Shown here: positions 8,910-19,000 of the stretch, piece after piece
Numbering within the stretch: the stretch's first letter is position 1
How the letters are laid out: each line of letters begins with the position of its first letter
From: Deltaproteobacteria bacterium
GTDB lineage: Bacteria; Myxococcota_A; UBA9160; SMWR01
Reading direction: 5' to 3'
NCBI GenBank assembly: GCA_032128115.1
Contig: JAQBHB010000082.1
Span: 24,781-88,780, forward strand
DNA length: 64,000 nt
Translations under genes and position numbers: made by a program
Notes under the pieces: generated by a model
The model's input: only the letters and a program-made list of their open reading frames with translations
Database searches by the model: none
Told to the model about the DNA's origin: nothing

Positions 8910-11480
8910 GTGCGTTTGATGGGTCGCATCGTGTTGATGGGATTCGCGGTGATGGCCCTGGCGGTGGGGGCCGTGGCCCTGGGGATCGCGTACGCCCCCG
9001 AGCAGTCGCTGGTGGCGGCGGTCCAGGATGGCGTGCTTCGCGGAGCGGCCTCGCTGGTTTCGTCCGGATCGCTGGGCCTGTCCGAGGACCTGCCCACGCG
9101 CCTCCAGTCGGCTCTCCAGGGGCCGCTGTTGCGCTTCGGTGCGTCAGGCGTGGGCGTGCTGTTGCTGATTCTCGGCCTGTTGCCCGGCGGCGGCGGCAGC
9201 CCATCGGATCCCAGCGCACCGGTACCCGAGATCGACGAACGCATCGTCACCGACAAGCGCATACTCAGGAAGGCACGCAAGCTCGCGTCGGCAACGGCCC
9301 GACGCGGCCAGCCCGACGAAGCGGCCGAGATCTGCTTCGCCAACGGTCTCATGGACGAGGCCGCCGGGTACTTCGTCGATGCCCAGGAGTTCGTGCGCGC
9401 CGCCGAGATCCGGCACGATCAGAATCGCTTCCGCGAAGCGGCCGAACTCTATCTGAAGGGCGGCAGGCCCGAGTCGGCGGGGGTGATCTTCGGCCAGGAG
9501 GGGGAGCACCTGCGCGCGGCCGAGGCGTATCTGGAGGCGGGCGATCAGTCGGTGGCCGCCGAGATGTTCGAGCAGGCCGAGGATTTCGAGCGCGCGGCAA
9601 CCTGCTACGAAGAATCGGGCTTCGCGCGCCACGCGGCTCAGGCCTACGTGAGCTGCAAGAAGTGGGAGCGGGCCGCCGCCTGTCTGGAGGAGGTGATCCG
9701 CGACGAGGGCTCCGGCGCGGCATCGCTGACCCCCCAGAAGCAGATCGAACTCGGCAAGCTGGTGCGCATGACCGGGGATCTGTACGCCCGGGCCGGCCGA
9801 AACAACAAGGCCGAGGCCGTGCTCGAGGCCGGCGGCTGCTTCCTGGAGGCGGGAGAGATCGCCCTGCGCAACGGGCGCGAGTCGAAGGCCGCCGACCTGT
9901 TCCTGAAGGGCAAGCAGCCCATGCGCGCGGCGGACGTGCTGCGGAGCCTGGGTGAGGAGCAGACCGCGTCTCGGGTGATCGCCGAGTACCACCGCGATCG
10001 CGGTGAAGACGAGCCGGCGGCGCGTTTCTTCGAGGACGCGGGCGAGCATCTGGCCGCCGCCGACCTCTACCGCTCGCTCGAAAACTACGAGCGCGCTGCC
10101 GAGTGCTACGAGCGGCAGGGAGATTCGGCCCAGGCCGCTGAAATGTTCCGGGTGATGGGGGAGCGGTCGCGCGCCGCCGAGAACTACGAGCGGGCCGGCC
10201 AGTTCGCCGACGCCGCCGAGTGCTACGCCCTGGCCGGCGAGGACGAGAAGGAGGCCGAGCTGCTGGTTCGCGCCGGCGACTTCATGCGCGCCGGAGAGAT
10301 CCACCATCGCGGCGGCCGCGACGACGAAGCCATCAGCGTGCTGCAGCAGATCGAATCCGGGCGCCCCGACTACGCGGCGGCCTCGGCGCTGTTGGGCGAG
10401 ATCTTCCGCGAGCGGGGGATGCTCTCGGTGGCCCTCACCAAGCTCAAGGCCGCGACCGAGGGCCAGGAGATCTCGCGCGAGAACATCCGCGCCTTCTACA
10501 GCCTGGCCACAGCCCACGAGGCCGGCGAGGAGATCGAGCAAGCCGGCGCGCTCTACGAGAAGATCCTGGCTTGCGACTACCACTTCCAGGATGTGGAAGA
10601 GCGCCTGGAGCAGATCCGCGGGATCCTGAAGAGCCAGACGGCTCCCACCCGCTCGGCGCCCGGGGGCTCCATGGGCGGAAACTCGGCGCACGAGGGCCGC
10701 TACCGCATCACCGGCACCCTGGGTCGGGGCGGTATGGGCATCGTCTACAAGGCCAAGGACTCGGTGCTCGACCGCATCGTGGCGCTCAAGGTCTTGCCCG
10801 AGGCGCTCAAGGAGAATCCCCAGGCGCTCAAGAACTTCCTGCGCGAGGCCAAGAGTGCGGCGCAGCTCAATCACCCCAACATCGTGACGGTCTACGACGC
10901 CGGCGAGCAGGACGGCGTCTACTACATCGCCATGGAGTATGTCGATGGGAAGACGCTCAAGGAGATCGTAAAGCGGCGCGGCAAGATTGCAGCCAGTGGC
11001 GCGGTGCGCGTCATGGCCCAGCTGTGCGAGGCGCTGGCCTACGCACATGACCACAAGATCGTGCACCGGGACGTCAAGAACGCCAACATCATGTGGACGC
11101 GGGACAAGAAGTCCAAGGTGATGGACTTCGGCCTGGCGAAGGTGATCGAGGAGGTGCGGGGTCACACCACCGTCGTCTCCGGGACCCCGTACTACATGAG
11201 CCCCGAGCAGACGCTGGGCAAGAACGTGGACCATCGCACCGACATCTACTCGCTTGGCGTCAGCATGTTCGAGCTGGCCACGGGTCTGCTTCCGTTCCGC
11301 GAGGGCAACCTCCCGTACCACCACGTGCACACGCCGCCGCCGGATCCCCGCGACGTGGATCCGGAGATGCCGGAGGGGCTCGCCTCCATCATCAATCGCT
11401 GTCTGGAGAAGGATCCGGACAACCGCTACCAGACCACGCGCGAGATCCTGGCTGAGCTCAAGAACGCCCTCCCCAGCTGA
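8910..11480 (+). CDS. Membrane-anchored Hanks-type Ser/Thr kinase with long TPR/alpha-solenoid region
   Basis: Two N-terminal hydrophobic segments; repeats such as AAEMFEQAEDFERAATCYE; C-terminal kinase motifs LGRGGMGIVY, VALK, HRDVKNAN, DFG, GTPYYMSPE, DIYSLG. Confidence 0.9.
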   Translation: MRLMGRIVLMGFAVMALAVGAVALGIAYAPEQSLVAAVQDGVLRGAASLVSSGSLGLSEDLPTRLQSALQGPLLRFGASGVGVLLLILGLLPGGGGSPSDPSAPVPEIDERIVTDKRILRKARKLASATARRGQPDEAAEICFANGLMDEAAGYFVDAQEFVRAAEIRHDQNRFREAAELYLKGGRPESAGVIFGQEGEHLRAAEAYLEAGDQSVAAEMFEQAEDFERAATCYEESGFARHAAQAYVSCKKWERAAACLEEVIRDEGSGAASLTPQKQIELGKLVRMTGDLYARAGRNNKAEAVLEAGGCFLEAGEIALRNGRESKAADLFLKGKQPMRAADVLRSLGEEQTASRVIAEYHRDRGEDEPAARFFEDAGEHLAAADLYRSLENYERAAECYERQGDSAQAAEMFRVMGERSRAAENYERAGQFADAAECYALAGEDEKEAELLVRAGDFMRAGEIHHRGGRDDEAISVLQQIESGRPDYAAASALLGEIFRERGMLSVALTKLKAATEGQEISRENIRAFYSLATAHEAGEEIEQAGALYEKILACDYHFQDVEERLEQIRGILKSQTAPTRSAPGGSMGGNSAHEGRYRITGTLGRGGMGIVYKAKDSVLDRIVALKVLPEALKENPQALKNFLREAKSAAQLNHPNIVTVYDAGEQDGVYYIAMEYVDGKTLKEIVKRRGKIAASGAVRVMAQLCEALAYAHDHKIVHRDVKNANIMWTRDKKSKVMDFGLAKVIEEVRGHTTVVSGTPYYMSPEQTLGKNVDHRTDIYSLGVSMFELATGLLPFREGNLPYHHVHTPPPDPRDVDPEMPEGLASIINRCLEKDPDNRYQTTREILAELKNALPS

Positions 11481-11510
11481 GCCGGGGCCTACACCAACGG
11501 GCGGCACACT

Positions 11511-11549
11511 CGTGACCGGACCGTCACGGGACGTGACGTTTCCGTCACG
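11511..11549. promoter_or_regulatory. Tandem palindromic sites, putative enhancer (UAS) for a sigma54 activator
   Basis: CGTGAC-N6-GTCACG occurs twice (11511-11528 and 11532-11549), 21 bp apart, about 115-150 bp upstream of a -24/-12 element. Confidence 0.55.
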
Positions 11550-11661
11550 GATCCGGTGTCCGCCCTGGTCCCGATCCAGGTCTGGGCCCGTTATGGTGAT
11601 CCAGGTCACCGGATTCAAAGGGGAAAAATCGGAAAAAGAAACGACGGCTCGGAGGTCGCTT

Positions 11662-11677
11662 CGGCACGAGCCTTGCT
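11662..11677 (+). promoter_or_regulatory. sigma54 (-24/-12) promoter upstream of the lpxC-like gene
   Basis: cGGCACGagccTTGCT matches TGGCACG-N4-TTGCW; GG at 11663-64 and GC at 11675-76. Confidence 0.65.
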
Positions 11678-11773
11678 ACTCCGAGGCCGCGACCGGATTG
11701 GCCTCGGGTGCCCGGTGCCGGCGTTGGGGCGCAGGTATCGGATACAGGGTCGGTTACGCCCGAGGCCGATCCG

Positions 11774-11807
11774 GTTGGGGGGGGACTCGTGTTGGGGGGG
11801 AACTCGT
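11774..11807 (+). repeat. 17-bp tandem duplication with G8/G7 runs over the lpxC RBS/start
   Basis: gttggggggggactcgt followed by gttgggggggaactcgt. Confidence 0.8.
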
Positions 11808-12711
11808 GAGACAGCAAACCATCGCGGAAAAGGTCTCGTGCACGGGCATCGGATTCCACAGCGGGGTTCCGGTGCAGGTGACCCTGCATCCGGCACCGCC
11901 GGACAGCGGGATCGTCTTCGTGCGCACCGATGGCGTGCATCCGGTGGAGATTCCGGCGCGTCCCTCCGCGGTCGTCGCGTCGCGCCATGCCACCTGCCTG
12001 GGGCGGGGCGACGCGATCATCAGGACGGTCGAGCATCTCCTGTCCGCGCTCTACGGTCTTGGGGTCGACAACGTGCGCATCGAGATCGACGGGTCGGAGC
12101 TGCCCGTGATGGACGGCAGCGCGGCCTCGTACGTGTATCTGATCCGTTCGGCGGGGCTGTTTGCCCAGCGCGAGCCGCGTTGCACGCTACGGATGCGCCG
12201 GCGCGTCGAGGTCTGTGAGGGCGACCGGCGTATCAGCATCGAGCCCGCGCGATCGTTCCAGGTTTCGTACTCGGTGGAGGTCGATCACCCGGCCATCGGG
12301 CGCCAGGAGTTCCGGGTCCGCTCGCTGGATCCGGAGCGGTTCGAGCGCGAGCTTTCGGCCGCTCGCACGTTCGGGTTCGTGTCGGACGCGGGGGCGCCGG
12401 GTAGCGCGGCCGCTGGCCGCGCGGGCTCGCTGGACCACGCCGTACTGCTGGACAAAGAGGGCGTGGTGAGCGGCGGGGGATTGCGCTGGCCCGATGAGTT
12501 CGTGCGGCACAAGGTCGTGGATCTCCTGGGCGACCTGGCGCTGCTTGGTGTGCCGATCCAGGGACACGTCCGCGTGGAACGGGGAGGGCACCGTCTGCAC
12601 CATCAGCTGCTGGCCGCGCTGGAGAACGATCCGGACACCTGGTACGTCCACGACCCGGATCCGGCCCGGCGCGCCGGGTTGCACCTGATCCCGGCGGCTC
12701 GTACCGCCTAG
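11806..12711 (+). CDS. lpxC: UDP-3-O-acyl-GlcNAc deacetylase LpxC (divergent)
   Basis: RQQTI...GIGFHSG, TVEHLLSAL, ELPVMDGSA, ARTFGF, EFVRHKVVDLLGDL, GGH. GTG start inferred. Confidence 0.88.
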   Translation: MRQQTIAEKVSCTGIGFHSGVPVQVTLHPAPPDSGIVFVRTDGVHPVEIPARPSAVVASRHATCLGRGDAIIRTVEHLLSALYGLGVDNVRIEIDGSELPVMDGSAASYVYLIRSAGLFAQREPRCTLRMRRRVEVCEGDRRISIEPARSFQVSYSVEVDHPAIGRQEFRVRSLDPERFERELSAARTFGFVSDAGAPGSAAAGRAGSLDHAVLLDKEGVVSGGGLRWPDEFVRHKVVDLLGDLALLGVPIQGHVRVERGGHRLHHQLLAALENDPDTWYVHDPDPARRAGLHLIPAARTA

Positions 12712-12725
12712 GGGCCCGACCGCTC

Positions 12726-13055
12726 TCAATCCATTTCTTCCAGGTCGTGGGCCAGCAGCGCCGATGCATAGCGGTCCGTGAACTGGACGCCCATGCCCGA
12801 AGCGTGGGAGTCTCCGTCGCTGGGGGCTCGGCTCCATACCACGCGGCCCTCGATTTCGTGCAGGCGCTGGGAGCCCGGGAGCTGGAAGCGCATCTTCAGC
12901 TGCGCGCCCCGGGCCAGGGGCTCTTCCGACTGGATGAACAGCCCCCCTGCGCCCAGCGTGGTGGCCAGCTCGCAGCGAAGACCCGTCACGTCCGAGGCGT
13001 ACTCCACGTGCACGCTCACGGTGCGTCGTCGATAGCGGCGGCTGGGGTGACTCAA
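12726..13055 (-). CDS. PilZ-domain protein (myxobacterial TIGR02266-like)
   Basis: RRYRR...TLGAGGLFI...EIEGRVVW...GMGVQF; directly downstream of the giant TPR gene. Confidence 0.8.
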   Translation of the reverse strand: MSHPSRRYRRRTVSVHVEYASDVTGLRCELATTLGAGGLFIQSEEPLARGAQLKMRFQLPGSQRLHEIEGRVVWSRAPSDGDSHASGMGVQFTDRYASALLAHDLEEMD

Positions 13056-13074
13056 GTGCGGTTCCGTCCCTGCA

Positions 13075-16000
13075 TCAAAGGCTCTCCATCCAGGCGTGCA
13101 GGGTGCGGCGCAGCAGGCAGTCGGCGGCCGGTGTGCCCGACACCAGATCCGTCAGGTCCGTCGAGGGACCCAGGTCGCGGATCGAGCCGTCTGCGGCTTC
13201 CCGCACCAGACCCTCGAGGGCCGCGCGCAGATCGCCGCCGCCGTCGTCCAGAGCCACGGCCTGTGCCAGGGTGCGCACCTGCATTCGCCATGTCGAAATA
13301 TCCACCGCGCAAAGCGCTTCCAGGGAGTGGCCGGCCAGCGTGCGTCGCAATCGCCGGCGTGAGCGCCAACCCAGGGCGGCGGAAAAGGAGTTCACCAGGG
13401 CACCGTCGCCGTGCACCTCCGCGGGTTCGAGAACCAGGGTCGCCAGGACCTGGAGCACCTCGCCAAGCTTTTCATCGCTCAGGGGCAGCAGGGCCGGCGC
13501 CGTGAGGCTGGCCTCGGCGGCGAGCACCGACGTGGTGAAGTCGTCGGGCGACGGCAGCTTCGGATTCTCGGTGGCGTCCAGGGCCTGGCGGATTTCGCGC
13601 GCCGCTCCATGGGCCAGCCGCCGCAGGGCTTCGGAAACCCGGTCGGGAAGCTGGCGTTCGGACGCGACGCGCAGGCTCAGGGTCATGGGGGCTTCCTCCC
13701 GCTCCCGCTCCGAAGCGATCCCCAGCGCGCGCAGGATCGTGAGGCCGTTGGTCAGCGCCGTGTCGCGGCACTGGTCACGTGCGATGTCGAGCAGCGTGCG
13801 CAGGGAAGCCCGGTGGGTGGGGTCCGAATCCAGGAGTACGCGCAGATGGTCCAGGGCCAGCCGCCATTGGTCGGGTGTGCGGGCCAGCAGACCGGCCAGG
13901 GTCTGTCGCGCCTCGTCGCGGTCCGGGTCCAGTTGGACGGCCCGCTGGTAGACGACGATGGCGCTGCCGAAATCCTCCAGGGGGCCGGCCAGGAGTTGAC
14001 CCAGCTGCTCCAGGGACTCCGTGAGTCCGGCCAGATTGGCACCGCCGTGCAGCGTTACGAATTCGCGCAAGGTGTCCGCGGCGGCCTGCCAGTCGCCCAG
14101 GGTCCGCAACAGCCGAGCGCGCGAGAGGGCGGCGTCGGCGCAGTGGGGGGCAGCGATGCCGTAGGCCTCCGCCGCGCCACGCAGGTCGCCGCCTTCCTCC
14201 AGGACCTGTCCGCGGGTGAGCGCCAGGGGCGTCACCACGTCGGCGTCTTCCAGGCCGGCCAGGGCCAGTGTGCTGGTGGCCAGGGCTTCGTCGTTTCGAT
14301 CCGTCGTGCGCAGGAAATCGGTCAACATCCGCCAGGCGCGGCCACAGCCCGGGTCCGCTTCCAGGATCTGGCGCAGATGGCGCTCGGCGGCGGCGTGCTG
14401 CCCGTCGCTTCGAATCTCCCACTCGGCGGCCCGCAGCAGACGCGACGCGCGCACGCTCGGCTCGTCGGCCAACGCGGCCCAGCGCTCGAGGCACGCGATG
14501 CCCACCTCGATGTGGTCGTTGGCCTCGTGGAGCGCGGCGATCTGCAGGTGGGCTTCGTCCAGGGTCGGGTCGTCGCGGATGGCCGCCTCGAAGCGCTCCA
14601 GCGCCGCCTCGGGCTCTCCCACGGCGACGAAGTGCATTCCCACCAGCGTCAGATGCTGCGCGCGGGCCGGGTAGACGTCGCCGCGGTCCAGACGTGTTTC
14701 CAATGCCCGTCGGGCACCGGCCAGGTCGCCAAGCTCTGCCAGGGACTCGCCGCGACCGGCCAGGGCGTCGGGATGGTCCGGCTGCGAGGCCAGCACCAGC
14801 GAGAAGAAGCGCAGGGCGTCCACGGCGCGCCCCACCTGGCGGGCGGCGGCGCCACCGGCCAGGGCGGCCATCACGGCCAGCTCGTCCGCCTCCGAGCCCA
14901 GCGCGTCGGCCAGCTCCAGGGCGGTGTTGGCGGCTTCCAGCGCCTCGTCGGAGGCGGCGAGTACCTGGGCGATGCGGGCCAGGGTCGTCTGGCCGCGCAC
15001 GTCGCCGGGATCGCGTTCCACCGCGGCTCGCGTCAGGTCCAGTGCCCGCTGCAGGTCGTCCGCTTCGCAGATCGATGCGGCCTGCAACAGGCGATGGGCA
15101 GCCTCGTGACCCGAAAGCAGCATGGACGCTCGCCACAACGCCTCGACGGCGCGGCTCTGGTTGCCGAGTTCTTCGCGCAGGCACGCAGCCAGATCCCAGG
15201 CGCGCACGGATCGCTCGTCGCAGGTGAGCGCGCGGTCCACCCGATTCACGGCGTCGCCCGTGCGCCCGAGGCTCACCAACGCATCCGCCACTTCCAGGTG
15301 GTCGTCACAGCTGGCGCCCGCTTCCGGATCATCGCACCAGGCGCCAAGCACACGGCTAAACGAGGCCAGGTCGCCGACGCGACGGTGCAGGTCTGCCAGC
15401 ACCCGGCGCTGGTGCGTGGTGAGGTCGCCCAGAGCCTCTGCCGACTGGTAGGCGGCAAGGGCGCGCTCGTCTTCCCGGCTCTGGTTCAAGGCGAGCGAGG
15501 CCACGTGCAGCCAGATCGCGCGCCGCCGCTCCGGGTCGGCTTCGCAAAGGCTGGACGCCTCGCGCTCGTAGTAGTCCAGGGCGCTGCTCCAGTCCTCCAT
15601 CTCCTCGAAGAGCTCCTGGAGCGCGTGCATGGAATCCGGGTCGGTCTCGTCTGCTTCCAGGGCCGCGGTGAACGAGCGAACGGCGAGTGCATTGGATCCG
15701 AGCTCTCGCCACAGGATCTGTCCGAGTCGGTGGTGCAGGGCCGCGCGCTCGCTCTGCGGCCGCGAGGCCGCAAGCTCGATCTCGAGTTCGAGCGCGTGCA
15801 CGGCACCCGGCCAGTCGCGGATGCGCTCGCAGGTCCGGCTCAATCCCCGGACCCCCAGCAGGCTGTCGGGGGCGAGGTCCACCAGCTTTCGATAGGCCGC
15901 GGCCGCCGAGGCGGGCGTGTGCAGCTTCTGTTCGCACAGGGTCGCCAGGTCGAGCCACCGCTCGGCGTCCTCGGGCTCTCGGGTCAGCCGCGCGGTCAGC

Positions 16001-19000
16001 CGGGCCTCGAGCTCGATCACGTGGTGTTCGGTTTCCAGCAGTCGGAGCAGGGATTCTTCCGCGGCCCGTCGGCCGGCGTTCCCTGCAGACGCAGGGTCGT
16101 CGGACGCCTCGTCCACCGCGCAGCGCAGATGCCGCAGAGCGGCCTCGCGACGGCCCAGGTCGTTCTCGTAGGCGCCCGCCAGCTCCCGGTGCAGCTCCAG
16201 GCGGCGGTCGGCGAACACGGGCGCGTCCGGATCGAGCGCCGACAGCTCCGCCTCGGCGCAACGCGCCCAGGCGTCCAGGGGACCTCTGGCGCGCAGGGCC
16301 TGGCCCAGGGCGCGCAGCAGCTCCGCCCGCAGGGGGCTGGGATCCGGCGCTTCGGCCACGGCCCGCATCAGGTGGTAGACCGCGCGGTGCGGATCCGAGA
16401 GCGTGTCCGCGTACAGCGCGCCGGCTTCGCACCACACGGCCACGCGTTCCTCGGGCGCAGCGATGCCAGCCAGCGCTTCCAGGATCTCGGCGCGCTCCCG
16501 GTGGCGGCCGAGGACCGCGTACAGGCGGTCGAGAGCCTGGAGCACGCCCAGATGGTTGGGATCGATCTTGCGCGCCGATTCCAGATCCGCGAGGGCCAGG
16601 GCCGGCGATTCCAGCTGCGACTCGAGCACGCGCGCGCGCTCGGTGAGGATTTCCAGCTTGCGCGCACCGTCATGCACCAGCCGGAGTTCGTAGTCGAGCG
16701 CCAACAACTGGGCCCCGGGGCGTTCGGCCGCCTTGTGGATGTTCGCGATCCGCTGCAGGACGCCGCTGTCTTCGGGTCGCAGCGCGCGCAGGCGTTCGAG
16801 CCAGGGAAGGGCGGCGTCGGGAGAAAGCTTCTCGGTGGCCGTGGCGACGGCCTGTTCGAGGACGGCGGTGCGCGTCTCGTCGTCGCGGCCGTCGGATTCG
16901 GCATACAGCAGATCCAGCGCTTCGGCCCAGCGACCCTGGGATTCCAGCACCGCGCGCAGCTCCGCGCGAAGCACCGGGCTGCGACTGTCCAGGGCCAGCG
17001 CTTCGCGAAGGCAGGTGACGGCCTCTTCGGGTCGATTCATCACGTGAGCCAGGGTCGAGCCTCGACGTGCCAGCAGGCCGGCGCGCGCCGCCGGTGTCTG
17101 CCAGCGATCCAGGGCGCCGTCCAGGATCTCGAGAGTCGCCTGGTCGTCGCCGAGCACCTCGGCCATGGCCAGGGCGCGGTCCAGCGCATCCTCGTGGGCC
17201 GGGTCCAGCCGGAGCACGCGGCGCAGGTGGGTCAGCGCCTGGGCCGGACGGCCCAGTTGCGAGGCCTGGATCGCCGCCAGCTCTACGCGCGCCTGGATTT
17301 CTTCGCGCCCGGCCATCTGCTGGATCGACGACTCGATCAGCTGCGCCAGCTCTTCCGGTTGATCCAGCTCGCGGTACAGCTCGCGCAGGGCCGCGCGGGC
17401 TTCCCGATCGTCCGGGCGCTCGTGCAGGACGCGCTGGTAGGCCGAAACTGAATCGCGCTTCTCGCCGCAGTGTCGCAAGCCGCTGCCCAGACGCAGCAAC
17501 CAGTTGGCGCGCTCGGCAGAGTCCTCGGTGGCAGCCGACGTGCGCGTGCACAGGTCCACCAGCTCCTGGTGGTATCCGGCCTTTTCGTACAGGTCGGCCA
17601 GGGGCTCGGCGACGACGGCCTCGGGTCCGATGTCGCTCACTGCCGATTCCAGGGCCGAGATCGCGCCGTCCACGTCGTCCAGGTGGTTGGCTCGCAGTCC
17701 GGCAATGCGGATTTGCAGCGAGGCCCTTCGCGCCGCTGCGTCGTCGCCGACCTTGCCGTCTCCGGTGGCGCCGCCCACGGCATCGAGTCGGGCCTCCAGG
17801 ACCTGCACGACCCGCGTGTACTGACCCTCGCGCTCGAAGGGTGCGATCAGGTACTCGGCCGCCGCGCTGTGAGAGGGATCGAGCTCGAAGATGCGTTCGT
17901 AGTGGGCGCGCGCGCGCCGGTCGTCGGAGAGCGCTCGCGTGTACAGAGCGGCCGCCTGGGTGCGCAGGGTCAACTCCCGCTCCGGATCCGGATTGGCCGC
18001 AAGCTCGCCCTCGAGCGCCCTCACCACATCCCGGTGGCGTCCGTCGGACTCGTACATCTGGGCCAGGTCGCGCCACGGGTGGGGACGTCGGGGCGCCAGT
18101 CGCGCGGCGTGTTCGAAATGGTCAGCTGCGCCCTCCGGGTCGCCCAGGCGATCGAGGCAGAGACGGCCCATGCGCTGGTGGCGCTCCGCGTCCTCGTCCG
18201 CGGTGCCACTGTCGAGTGTCGCGTGGAGATGATCGCGCAGCTGTGACCAGGCGCCCTGGCGTTCGAACAGGAGATCGAGCCGCTCGCTGGCCTCGCGTCG
18301 GATCGCCGCGTTGGCGCTGGTGCTGGCCAGGCGGCGGAAGGTGTCGGCGGCCGCGTCCACCCGGTCTTCCGCATCCTGCAGGAGCACAGCGGATTCGAGC
18401 GCCCGCTGGTCGCGGGTCCCGGGATCGTCGCTGGTCTGCGCCTGGTCGGCCAGGAATCCGGCCAGCGCCTCGGCGTCGCCCGCGGCCCGCCAGGCGCTCT
18501 CGAGCCCTTCCTGGGCCTGTGGGTCCCCGGTGGCGGCGTGCGCTTCGCCGAAGGCGGCGGCGGCTTCATCGAAGCGGTGGAGCTGTAGCAGGCGTTGGCC
18601 CAGGGCCAGCGCGATGGCGCCGAACTCTGGACTCCCGGGCCGCAGCTTGTCCTTGCGAGCGCGCAGGCGATCCGCCAGCGCCTCGTGCTGACCGGCGGCT
18701 TCCAGCAGTGCGTCCAGGCGTTCCCCCACGTCTTCCGGAGCGCCCTCGGTGGCTGACAGGCGAATCAACACGTCGATGGCGCCATGCAGATCGCCCAGGC
18801 GTTCGGCCAGAACGCTGGCCAGTCCGTCGAGGAAGAAGGCATTGCGGGGCGGCGGCAGCAGGTCGGCCAGGCGTTCCCGGGTGCGCACCAGGTCGTGCAC
18901 GCGGTTGGCGACGTCGTATTGCACCGAGAGCGCTTCCAGGGCTTCCACGTCGTCGGGCATCACTTCGAGCGCTGCCTCGTAGCAGCGGATCGCCTCCTCG

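Noticed and set aside
11734..11745. TCCGATAC sigma28-like -10 box on the minus strand near lpxC
   Set aside because: Points away from lpxC towards the 3' end of the kinase gene and has no convincing -35 box.
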